Shown: positions 25,162 to 36,500 of the stretch, one piece after another | Layout: each line of letters starts with the position of its first letter | Position numbering within the stretch: position 1 is the stretch's first letter | NCBI GenBank assembly: GCA_036339875.1 | Contig: JAYZAC010000143.1 | Span: 1 to 39,961 of the forward strand | Direction of reading: 5' to 3' | Source: a bacterium | GTDB taxonomy: Bacteria; Muiribacteriota; UBA6191 | Length of the DNA stretch: 39,961 nt | Program-made: the position numbers and the translations under genes | Notes under the pieces: model-generated | Database searches by the model: none | Told to the model about the DNA's origin: nothing | The model's input: the letters and a program-made list of their open reading frames with translations, nothing else

Positions 25162-26175
25162 ATGGCCACCAAGAAAAAGGAGCTTAGTGCTCGATCTAAA
25201 ATAGCAATATTCCTTATGTTTCTTGGCGCAGATTTATCACGTGATGTGGTAAAGATGCTCACCGAAGAAGAAATGGAGGCTATTGCTGTTGAGATTGCTC
25301 GAATAAGAAAAGTTGATCAAGAGGATCGAGATCAAGTTGTGGAAGATTTCTACAATATGCTCAAAGCTCAAGAATTTATAACTCAAGGTGGGGTTTCGGC
25401 GGCACGAGATTTCTTGACCGGTGCCGTCGGCGATGAAATGGCTGAAAATATAATTTCCAAGTTAACTTCTTCTTTGGAGGTCCAGCCTTTCGATTTAATT
25501 CGAGCAGCAGATCCGGAACATCTGAAAAACTTTATTTCGGGGGAGCATCCTCAAACAATAGCTTTAATTTTGGCTTATCTACAGTCCGATAAGGCCGCAA
25601 TGATTTTATCTTCATTTTCGCCAGAGGTGCAAGTTGAGGCTGCTAAACGTTTGGCACAAATGGATAGGACATCGCCAGAAATCGTACGTGATGTAGAAGC
25701 TATATTAGAGAAGAAGCTTTCGACAGTGGCTAGCTCTGATTATACCTCCGTGGGTGGAGTTGAGGCTCTGGTTGATATTATCAATAATGTAGATCGTGGA
25801 ACAGAGAAAGCTATCATAGAAAATCTTGAAATTCAGAATCCGGATTTAGCAGAGGAAATCAAAAAACGAATGTTTGTTTTTGAGGACTTAAATACTCTGG
25901 ACGATAGGGGTATGCAGAGAGTTTTGAAGGAAGTGGATTCCAAGGATTTAGGCCTAGCCTTAAAGGGTGCGTCCGATGATGTCAAAGGAAAATTTCTTAA
26001 AAATATGTCCAAACGTGCCTCGCAAATGCTTCAGGATGAGATGGCATTTATGGGTCCCGTGCGTATAAAGGACGTAGAAGAGGCACAGCAGAAAATTGTT
26101 AATGTGGTTCGAGGTTTAGAGGAAGCTGGCGAATTAGTTCTTAGCCGTGGTGGAGAGGATGAATTGATCACTTAA
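25162..26175 (+). CDS. fliG: Flagellar motor switch protein FliG
   Basis: Full length; QGG, EHPQTIALILAY, GGVE, MFVFEDL, ALKGA, NMSKRA, GPVRIKDVEEAQQKIV; GGAG RBS. Confidence 0.96.
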   Translation: MATKKKELSARSKIAIFLMFLGADLSRDVVKMLTEEEMEAIAVEIARIRKVDQEDRDQVVEDFYNMLKAQEFITQGGVSAARDFLTGAVGDEMAENIISKLTSSLEVQPFDLIRAADPEHLKNFISGEHPQTIALILAYLQSDKAAMILSSFSPEVQVEAAKRLAQMDRTSPEIVRDVEAILEKKLSTVASSDYTSVGGVEALVDIINNVDRGTEKAIIENLEIQNPDLAEEIKKRMFVFEDLNTLDDRGMQRVLKEVDSKDLGLALKGASDDVKGKFLKNMSKRASQMLQDEMAFMGPVRIKDVEEAQQKIVNVVRGLEEAGELVLSRGGEDELIT

Positions 26176-26285
26176 GATTGTAATCATTGTATTTATCTAA
26201 GCGCTTTTGGAACGTTAAATATTCAGTACTTGCGTTGATTAGGTATATGGGTTAAAGTGCCGACACAATTTTCTCGGGAAATATT

Positions 26286-26504
26286 ATGGCAAAAAATGAT
26301 GCAATAGAAGTGGATGGTACGGTAGTTGAGGCTCTGCCTAACGCTATGTTCAAGGTTCGCCTTGAGAATGACCATGAAATACTAGCTCATATCTCTGGGA
26401 AAATGAGAAAATTCTACATACGTATTATTCCGGGTGACAAAGTGAAAGTAGAAATGTCCCCTTACGATCTTACACGTGGAAGAATTACTTACCGAGCAAA
26501 ATAA
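26286..26504 (+). CDS. infA: Translation initiation factor IF-1
   Basis: 72 aa; [30 protein letters not shown]. Confidence 0.98.
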   Translation: MAKNDAIEVDGTVVEALPNAMFKVRLENDHEILAHISGKMRKFYIRIIPGDKVKVEMSPYDLTRGRITYRAK

Positions 26505-27468
26505 GTTTCTCAATATCCTGTCTGACCTCTCAAAAACCCATGGAGTGATCTGGCGAAATACTCATATTCTAGTTGCTTTATCTGGCGGGTTAGATTCCGT
26601 TTGTATGCTTAGACTATTAAATAGCTGCCAAAACGTACTTGGTTATACCCTGAAAGTGATTCACTTTAACCATGGTTTACGAGGTGCAGAATCTGATTCG
26701 GATAGAGATTTTTGTTTAGAAATATGTAGATGTCTTGGTCTACAGATAGATTCGGTTGATCTGCAAATGAGTAAGAAATCTTCAAATTTACAGGCGACTG
26801 CCAGAGAAAAGCGCAAGCAGTATTATGCGACTTGGAAATGTTTTGGGTCAGATTATCTTGTAGCTACGGCTCATCATAAAGATGATTTCATCGAATCGTT
26901 TTTTATTGGAGTCCACCAAGGTCGTCTAGATGAGCGCCTGATTCCTTTGGAGATAATTGACTTGGATACGCAATATTTGCGGCCTTTAGCAATTTATCAT
27001 AAAGCTGAATTATTAGATCTTGCAGTTAAAAATGACTGGGAATGGTGCGAGGATAGCAGTAATTTCGAAACTAATTACTTAAGAAATTTTTATCGTAAAG
27101 AGTTGCTTATGGATACTGATTTGGTTGAATCTGTATCTAATTTTACTGATTGTCTAGCTAACTTAGATTTTGAGCTAAGAAATTGGCTGGATATTCAATT
27201 AAAAAAGTTTGATGAAAATGGTTTTGTATTAGACCGACATGACTGTAAGTTGTGGGAAAATCCTCGATTCAGAGATTTCTGGCTAGCTATTTTACAGCGC
27301 GACTATCCACAGTTTCTGAAAAGTTTTGACGCCAAACGTTTGAAGCAAATAAGAATCGAGAGATATAAAGGTAATCGACGTTTTCAGATTGGACATGGTC
27401 AAGTCGGCTCGATGGGTAAACTAATTTTAGTAGAGACGCTTCGTGGTTATCATTTGGAGATGGAGTAA
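26476..27468 (+). CDS. tilS: tRNA(Ile)-lysidine synthetase, short form
   Basis: PP-loop [35 protein letters not shown]. Start uncertain (GTG 26476 or GTG 26545). Confidence 0.85.
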   Translation: MEELLTEQNKFLNILSDLSKTHGVIWRNTHILVALSGGLDSVCMLRLLNSCQNVLGYTLKVIHFNHGLRGAESDSDRDFCLEICRCLGLQIDSVDLQMSKKSSNLQATAREKRKQYYATWKCFGSDYLVATAHHKDDFIESFFIGVHQGRLDERLIPLEIIDLDTQYLRPLAIYHKAELLDLAVKNDWEWCEDSSNFETNYLRNFYRKELLMDTDLVESVSNFTDCLANLDFELRNWLDIQLKKFDENGFVLDRHDCKLWENPRFRDFWLAILQRDYPQFLKSFDAKRLKQIRIERYKGNRRFQIGHGQVGSMGKLILVETLRGYHLEME

Positions 27469-27579
27469 GCTAGATGCATTATTCTTTTTGAAATCTGATA
27501 TAAGACTCCAAGTTTGATACTAAATCCAGTAGAATGTCTCGGTGGAAGCGGACTTGGATATGGACCTTCCCAAAATAGT

Positions 27580-30500
27580 ATGCGGATTCTTTTTTTAGCA
27601 TTTCTAGTTTTTGTTTTTAGCACTGTAGTGGGTGCTGCAGATTTACCTTCCATGAATACACAATCGGAATGGCACTACAAAGTCATAATTTCTGAAGTAA
27701 TCATGGATGATGACGGTAAATACGCAGCATTACCGGCCCAAGGTTTTGAAGGTGGAAAGTGGAAGCATTCGGCTGAGGTAGATCTGACACTAGAACTACT
27801 AAACATATCTGGCTCAGATATAGATATAGAAGGGTGGACTATTTGGTATGTGACAGAGCCTTATGATTTCTCAGGGGATTCAACATTACAGGCTACAGGA
27901 ACCACCGACATTAATGTTGTTCCGCCGGAAAATTATGATCTTTGCGGTATTAAGTCCAACTCAACTCATGGTGATAACGTACAATCTAATACTTTAAATG
28001 TTCAGAGTGGCTCAATAATTATATCTGCTAATCAAGAACTTGTTATTTATGAAAATCCAAAGAATGTTGGACTTACAACAGGTTTGCTTATTTTCCCTCC
28101 TGAAATTAATCGAGAGACTTTTTTAGCAAAAGGTAATACTTTGGCGTTAGGGTCGAGTCCAACCAAACATGAGTATCCGGATGCAGGAGAGACTTATTCA
28201 TCAACAATTGGTCAAGTGGATTATGATCGGCTATTTTTAGGATATTTAAATAATTATCAAGGTCGAAGTAATGAATCAGATGCTCTGGAAGGCGACATGG
28301 AGGGTTACATTACCGGGGCAGTTGGTTGTTCTGCTTCAGACCCACATTGTCGATTTGCTCAGCCCTATCAAGGGCAAGAGCCAGGATACGGTGTACCTAG
28401 GACCTGTTTTGGGAATAAATTTACTAATGATGCTCACTATACCACGGATGGTTATTATGCCAGTTCTCCCGCCGTGCAGACATTATCTGATACTTTGAAG
28501 CCTGTAGACGGTCACAGGTTTACAATTGTTTTGACGGATGATCAAAACAAAGTGGTCGATGTTTTTTCTGTGGCGCAGGATAGCTCGGATATTAATGCTC
28601 AGAATGATTTGACAATTGAAGGTTTTGATTTCTCTGCTGCGGGCCCTGGATTCCCCGCAACCAGTGCTCTTGCTGTAGCGAACGTTGATCTAAGTTCTTA
28701 CTCTTGGACGAAAACTAATTTAGCTCCAGCTTCAAGTCGAAACTCTTATGTTATAACCGTTGCAAGTGAGGGTTCCTACGGAAGTATAGGAGGTACTACT
28801 GGCACGACGGGTAATCCAAAGTGGAGTTTAGATGACTCATCTAGTTTTGTTAAGGTTTTAAGAGCGGATCCGGGCCTTGGTGACCCTCCGGGTGCCAATA
28901 TTGGAGATCCTGAGTCCACATTCCGTCTTGAAGCTAAGCTTAATGCGGGACTGGGAGTAGATATTCTTCGTGTAGGCTTTAAGATATTTAAGATTGATAA
29001 CCCTGATCTACTGCTGCCTAGTGCAACAAATTTTTTAGGAATGGATTTTAACTCAAGTACTGGTAAATATCAGGCCACATTCGTACCATTTTCAGAATCA
29101 TTAGGCAATGAGAGCCCCGTAACTTCTACGGCATACGGTGTGATTATTGAGGCTCAGGATGAAGATGGAACCAAGCGAGAAACTCTCAATAGTGGAGCTA
29201 CTATTTTTACAATTGATCCTGCAGGTCCGGTTCAACAATTTTTCTCTACCAGTCCGAACATAAATAATGGAGTTGTATCTTCGTTAGAATTGAATTCATT
29301 ATTAACTTTGAGTGTAAGTGCGATTGATTTAGGTACTTCAGTTATTTCAGACGTATATGTGGAACCGGTTCAGAGTAGCGGTGCGGCGCTTGGCATCACT
29401 TATCCTTTTCAATCAACTGATGGTATCAATTACACTACTGACTTCGTAGTTTCCGGCGATCTCACACCTGATACTACTTACCATCTTAAAATTACGTCCG
29501 TGGATAGTTTTGGACATGAGTCTGAGGTTTCTTACGCATCCTATGAATTCAAGTTGGTTGAAGCGCCTTATCTTAATCCTAACCCATATGTCGTGAGCGT
29601 TGTTAAATCAGAAACCTTAACGATAGCGGATCTGAGAACTAATGGTATTACTGTAATCCCAGTGGGAATGCCAGGTAGTTTGGATGACGTTAACTACGAA
29701 TTTGTAAGTTTAAGTAGTGAACTTGACTCTTGCAGTCTTGTTCCTTTTCCTTCAGTTTCAGGAGTAGCTCAAAAGTTAGAAATAATTGCTGGTAGTACTC
29801 CAGGTACAGGTTATTGTACGATTTCATTAGAGCTAGGAGGTGTTGAAAACAGTCAAATAGTTAAAGTGAATATTTTAGAGACTCCGGATACAGTTTTATC
29901 AGCTTTAAAAGTAGCACCTGCCACTGATCCTTTGTTTCCTGGAGTACTCACTGAGAAAGGGCGGGTAAGTTTTACAGATTTTGTAGAATTTGAGGCTACT
30001 TTATCAGATGTCGACGGATTGGTAGGCGGCTCGGTTGTGATGCATCTGGTAGTGACAGACCCGAATCAAACGCAAAGTCAAGGTGGAGTGCTGCCATCTG
30101 TCCCCGTAACTGTCTACAAATTATTTATGTACGACGATGGTTCTGATGTCAGAGATCTTCCTACCGCTGCATTTGGTTCTCGCTATCTGCCAAATACGAC
30201 CTACGTTTATAATGATGCTGATGCCCTTGAGGTTGAGGGTCAAATTACTCCAGACGCAGGGGGGCAAAAGTTTCCTGTAAGTGATCCAGGAATGCCAAAT
30301 TTTAAGTTATTTAAGGCAGACATAGGTTCTCCGAATAATGATATTTTTCATATTACTTTAAAGCCCTACGACTTAGCTTTTTCTACCGATTATCGGATAG
30401 ATTTAGAGGTGACCGACTCCATTTCTAACGTCACGTATTTACCTGATGCGGGTAATGTGAATATTTGGGCTGGACCGGGCTGGATACATCCTGCTGAAGC

Positions 30501-33500
30501 TGAGACTGATTTTTCAGGGACTGAGACTGATACGCAGCAGACTGTGAATTTTAGATTGTTTGATTATGAATGTAATGCTCCTACTCATGTTTACGGACAT
30601 TCATGTGGATCAAAGGGAACTCCGCCCAATGCAAGTTTAAGTTCTGTTGGTCACGATTCTTTAGTATGGGAGGTAGATAGTTGGGATACACAGTTTTACC
30701 TCTCGGTAGATACAAATGCTGGCCAAATAAGTCAGGACGGTTTTGATGCGATTGTACTACCGCATCGCTGTGGTACTGGACAAATAGTTATGCGAGTCAC
30801 GGATTCGTTAGGATATAGCGCAACAACAGACGCATTTTCTCTTAACTTAAATTGTGTAAATGATCCACCAACTTACTCAGCAGAGTATCAATCTGGTGAT
30901 CCCTCAGTAATTTTGATTGATGAGGATAGAGCAGCGCAAAGAATATCACTTACCTCCATAGGCTTTGAAGTTACGACTGGTTACTCGGAGACCGATAATA
31001 CCTTACTGACCTGGATATCACATGATAGCTCACCCTCTGTAGACGCCAGTAATTTAATTAGTTGGAATATTGATGGGTCTGATCTAGTTATAACTCCGCA
31101 GCCAGATTTTTCTCATACTACTGGAACATTTGATTCACTTGTTTTGTGTGTTTCTGATGCGGCTGGAGCCAAAGCTACAGGAGGAACTTTGCCTCATCCA
31201 GATGGCACAGCTAACGCTTGTGTGGTGGTTCGATTTCAAATAATCGCTATGGATGATCCTCCGGTGATTACTGTTGACGGACAAATCCCAGCAACACCAA
31301 TTCCGAGCACCATTTATTCGTTTGAAGATCAGGTTTTGACAACTACAGTTGGTTTTTATGATTCTGATGGGCTTTCAGGTTTAACTACTTGGAATGCCTC
31401 TTATATTAGTGGCCCCGCAAGTTTAATTAATACGATTACGTTTTCTAGACAGAGTACTTTAGGTACAAATGCAGAACTTTGGAATATGTTAATAACTCCG
31501 AATGCTAATCAATTCGGAGATGTGATTTACGATATTAGTGTCTTCACAGGGCCCTCTAGTAGCGATACTCAGCGGGTTACTTTTTCAGTGGCTGAGGTGA
31601 ATGATGCGCCCTACTTTAGTGCGTCCCCTTGTAGCCCTACCACGATTGTTACAGACGAAGGCTTTGCTCAAAAAATAATTAGCTTGAGTGAAGCATCGAT
31701 TAACGATACGAGTGACACTGACCACGGGGTTGTTGAAGACTATGCATGGTCTTTGGCCAGAGTTGATTACGATGGGGCCTACTACGATCAAACAAGCGAT
31801 CCAACAAGACCGCAAGTTAAACGAGTTTCTGGGTCTTTTACTCCTTCGATTTCTGAAGCGAATGCACTAGCTGTGGTTAATAATCTGAACAATCATTCGA
31901 TCTTTGAAATTCAAGTGACAACAGCAGGAAGTTTAATATTAAACTCATTTGATTATGCCTCGGTCACCTCAGCAATGATTCATATAAATGTGACTGATCG
32001 TGGAGGTCTGGCGAATTCGTTAACTGCTCAAGGTCAATGTGGTTTAGTCATAAATGACATCTCTGATTCTCCTCAAATCGATAGTGCAATACTAACTGAA
32101 AACAGAGAGCTTCAAGAAGATGTTGTCTTTCAATTTCCATTGGGTGCATTTGAGTTGGATCCATTTAATCCTAAAACTAGTGATGAAGAATATGATGCTA
32201 ATCTACAGTGGTCCGTCAGATTAGCAGAACCAACTACAATGTTTTCAATAGATGTCCAATACCCTACTAGTTTTCGTGCATACCTGCAAAATCGTAATGT
32301 GGTTGAAGGTTTGAACGACCGAATAGCTTTAGGTAGTGTTAATCCTGACATAAGCACTACATCCACGGGTCCTGATTCAATTGCTGATACAGATGATACA
32401 CCTAATATGCTTAATGCGATTGACGATCTTCTATATATATCCACGGCTCCCGATGTTCACGGAACTTTTGCATTGGAGCTATCTTTGCAACATGTTGGGC
32501 CATCTTCTGGTGCAACTCCCGCAACTACAATCTTAACCTTCTCTATACTTTCTGTGAATGATCCACCTCAAATAACGATTCTCGATTCTTTTGATCCATC
32601 TGTAGAGGTCACCAGCGATATGATTACAATGCCAGTTTCAGAGTCTATTCGTAGAATAGATTTAGTCAGCTGGGAGAATGATGCACGTGATTTTGTTTAT
32701 CCTACGACGGATGGAAATCCGAACGGATCAAAAATTTATTGGGATCATACGGAATTTGCAAGCGATGACGAATCTGTTATTACGCTGGGATGTCCCGGTT
32801 CGCCTACGAAGCTCGGAGACCCAGATTTACAAACTGATGATATTTTATGCCTTAATAGGGGACCCGGAGTCACTGGATTTGAATTTAAGGCAACCAATTT
32901 GAGATTGTATCTTTTGGACCAGGATGTACCAGTCGCTTCAGAGCGAGTCATCAGGGTTGAAGTCCTTGGAGAAAATCAGCATCCCACGATTGCTGGATTA
33001 GACAAAATTTTTATAAGCGAGGATGATCCTAATTTCAGCGAAGAACTCTCTCAATATGCTTTCGATGCAGAGGAGGCCTTGGTGGACGAAGATGGGCCTG
33101 GGGGTAATGTTGATAATATTCCACTGATGCAGTGGTATTTTTTACCGGAAAATCTTGGATTAAAATTCTCAGAAAATGCATTGACTTCAACAACTGTCAG
33201 CACATCGACTACGCTAGGTGTTTTTTCGATTGAAAATAAAAGTCAGCTATCAGTAATACCATTGACTAATGCCACCGGAGAAATTCAGAAATTCATGGCC
33301 GTTTGTGATCTTGGTAATGGTTGGCAAAGTAGAGAAAAGTTATGTACATCAACGGTAGTAACTTTCGTCCTAAACGATGTCAACGACTTACCTTTGGCAC
33401 CTGGCTTACCTTCTATGATTAGTACGCAGGAAGGTAGTTGTATGAGTCTTGATCTAACTTCCTATGAAGTAGACTATGATAATGATGCATTGTCTTGGAC

Positions 33501-36500
33501 GATTAAGTCAGACATTATTAATCCCATTAGTTTCAATGATACTATTTTCACTACACCTGAAATTGAAGTTATTTCTGGGGGAATTCTCAGCGCTAGGCCT
33601 GGTGGACAGGAGACTAGCTGTGATCCGATTTCAGTAGGTAGTGCTTCTTTACGCGCCTATGGTAGTTTGAGTCTTACTTTAGCTCTCAGTGATGGCAATG
33701 TAAGTGTAGATTTTCCAATGATTGTTTCATGGATACCAAACTGGACGACCCCGGTAATAGATTTAGCGGCAACTCCATTTAATGGTTCTAGCTCATGGGC
33801 CATTGACGAAGATAGCACCTCAGGAGACATCAATGTGACGTTTTCATTAGAGCGTCCGCAGTTTCTGATTGACCATGATTGGGATGGTCAACCAGCGGGT
33901 TTTGGTGAAACAGTAGGGGACTTTACTTGGTCTTTAATTAAGGATGAAATAGTTACTCAAACTTACTCAACGACAGGTTTTTCGATCAATATTCTCACAA
34001 ATACGGGACCGCTAGGGGAGGACTATTTACAATTTCTGCCAGAAGCAAATTTTAATACTTCCGGTGTCACGATTACTCTTAAAGTCACCGACTCGCAGGG
34101 CTTAGAAGATTATGAAACAATCACTCTTGTTGTAAACCCGATAAATGACACTCCAGTGTTTACTAATTTTCCTGATCTTTCATGCAATCTTCCTGGCGTT
34201 CCTGATGCAATTGCACAGAAGCAAATTTATTGTCTCTTAGAAGATGGTTCAATATCTCCGGTTGATCTTACGGTTGTAGCTTCAGATGTTTATGATATTC
34301 CTCCGGACTCGCTAGAATGGTACTTCACAAATGCTCCGATTGGTGAAAATTTTGAGGAGGGCGGCGCTTACTCTTGTATTTCAGGTTCTAATACCATTGA
34401 TACTACTAATTTTACAGCGGTGGTGGATAATTTGAATGAATTGTTAACGGTTACTGGAAAATTAAATCGTTTCACCGAATCGACCTCTGCAGCAGAGACT
34501 GTGACCTTATGTGTTTCTGATGGTCAGAAATTCTCAACTACTACCTTACCCATCTATATTAAGCCTGTTAATGATGATCCGGTGATTCTTGAGCCTGTTG
34601 ATAATACTATGGTCGTTGTATCAGAAGATACGATTAAGCAGATTGATTTACTTGGTAACGATGAAAATGACTTTAGAGATACTTTTGAATCAAGTCATCT
34701 TGCGTGGGAAGCTAGTAAGGTGGATTTAGGAGATCCTTCATTTACGCTTTTACCCAATGAAAATGGTACTTCTCTGAGTATTACGCCTGATCCCAATTAT
34801 AATTCAACACAGGTGATGAATTGGACTTTGACCTTAAAGGAGATCGACACAAATCCACCACGCTCAACATCAATAAATTTGATGATAAGTGCTACGCCAG
34901 TGAATGATGCACCAACTATTAGCATTAATAATCCAAATAGTAATGCAGATTTCATTTCTATTGAAGATACGTCAGATGAATTTTTACTATCAGATTATTA
35001 TTTTGTTCGAGATGAAGAAGGGTTGTCAGCGGCTACTCACTCTTGGTCTTTTGAAGCTGGCGGCAATGTTATCCAGAAGACTTTTTTAACCGCTGCTGGT
35101 AAATCTGTTGATTTGGAAATTATTGATCCAACAGATATTAATGGAAGTTCTGTTTTGAGGTCGACTACAACAGAAGCAGAAACAACTGGCACGCTACAAG
35201 GTTTAGAACTTTATATCCTAGACTCTGCGGGGCCTAGCGTTCTAATGACAAATGTCACAGTTGTTTATCAATTTTTATCACAGAATGATCCACCTGCGAT
35301 ACAAGCGCAGATCCCGGCTGGTGGATTACAGTTAATAAAAAATAGTTCTACGGCTTTAGAGATAGATATTAGTAGCTGGAAGATTGATGCAGATACACCA
35401 CAGAATCAATTATGTTTTGATGTGGCAAGTTACGATTCGTTGATGATCTTTCCTTCATTTCCTCAAGGGTATGGGCCCCCCATTCAGAATCAAGATAATT
35501 GCATTAATGATAAATTACTTCTGTTTCCTGTTCTGAATGCAGAAGGACCTACTTCATTCCAATTATTCTTATTTGATACTGTGGATTTGAATTCGACTAG
35601 TGAGGTTATTCAAGTAAACATTGTGAGTTCACAACCAAAGTTTGTGATGGATTATTTATCACTCGAAGCACTAACATTTACCTCAGATATCCGTAAGGAA
35701 ATTGATTTAACTCAGCTTTTAATTGATGATCAACCAGTCAGCACTCAAGTATTGGGTTCGCTGTCTGATAATCCCGTAGCGGGAGGCTTCTATATAGATA
35801 AAAGTAATTTAGATGATCTGGCACTTGTAGACATAAGTTCAGGGGTGCTGAGAATTAATCCAGATTATGAAATTTTGAATGAGGGAAGTTCTGATTTTAC
35901 AATCTATTACAAAGATAGCTCGGGAAATCTCGCACATGCGACGGCAACGGTTACGAAGAATCATGCTTTTCTAAAAGCAACTCATTTCGATGATGTAAAT
36001 GGGGATGGTATATACGGAAAGGGAGATCGAATCCAACTACAGTTTTCCAATAGTTCGGGGGGAATTGTGGGTGTCACTTCAACTACACCCATCACGGGTA
36101 GCACCATTGCTCTGCCAATTACTACAGCTAATTTAACTCAGGCTATAAAAGGTTTACATGGTGGTTCTGAAAATTCGCAAGCCTTTGGTAGCTCAATCAA
36201 AAAAATTGAATTATTAGATTCTAACTTTGGTAGCACTCAAGCGGGTGGATCACATTTTTTAGAGATAACCCTAAATGAGGGTTTTGACCCTACTCTATCT
36301 GAAATATTTGCATCGCATACTCCGCAGCCTCCTACCACTTTAGCTCTGGTTTACAGCAGTGGACTCGTAGGATACGATAGTTCGGTAACTTTAGACAAAA
36401 CAACAGATGCAGTCGCTCCTCGTTTAGAGGCAGCATATCTCATAGATGTTGATGGAGATGGCTTAAGTCAATTTGATTCAGATGATCGTATTGAACTATT

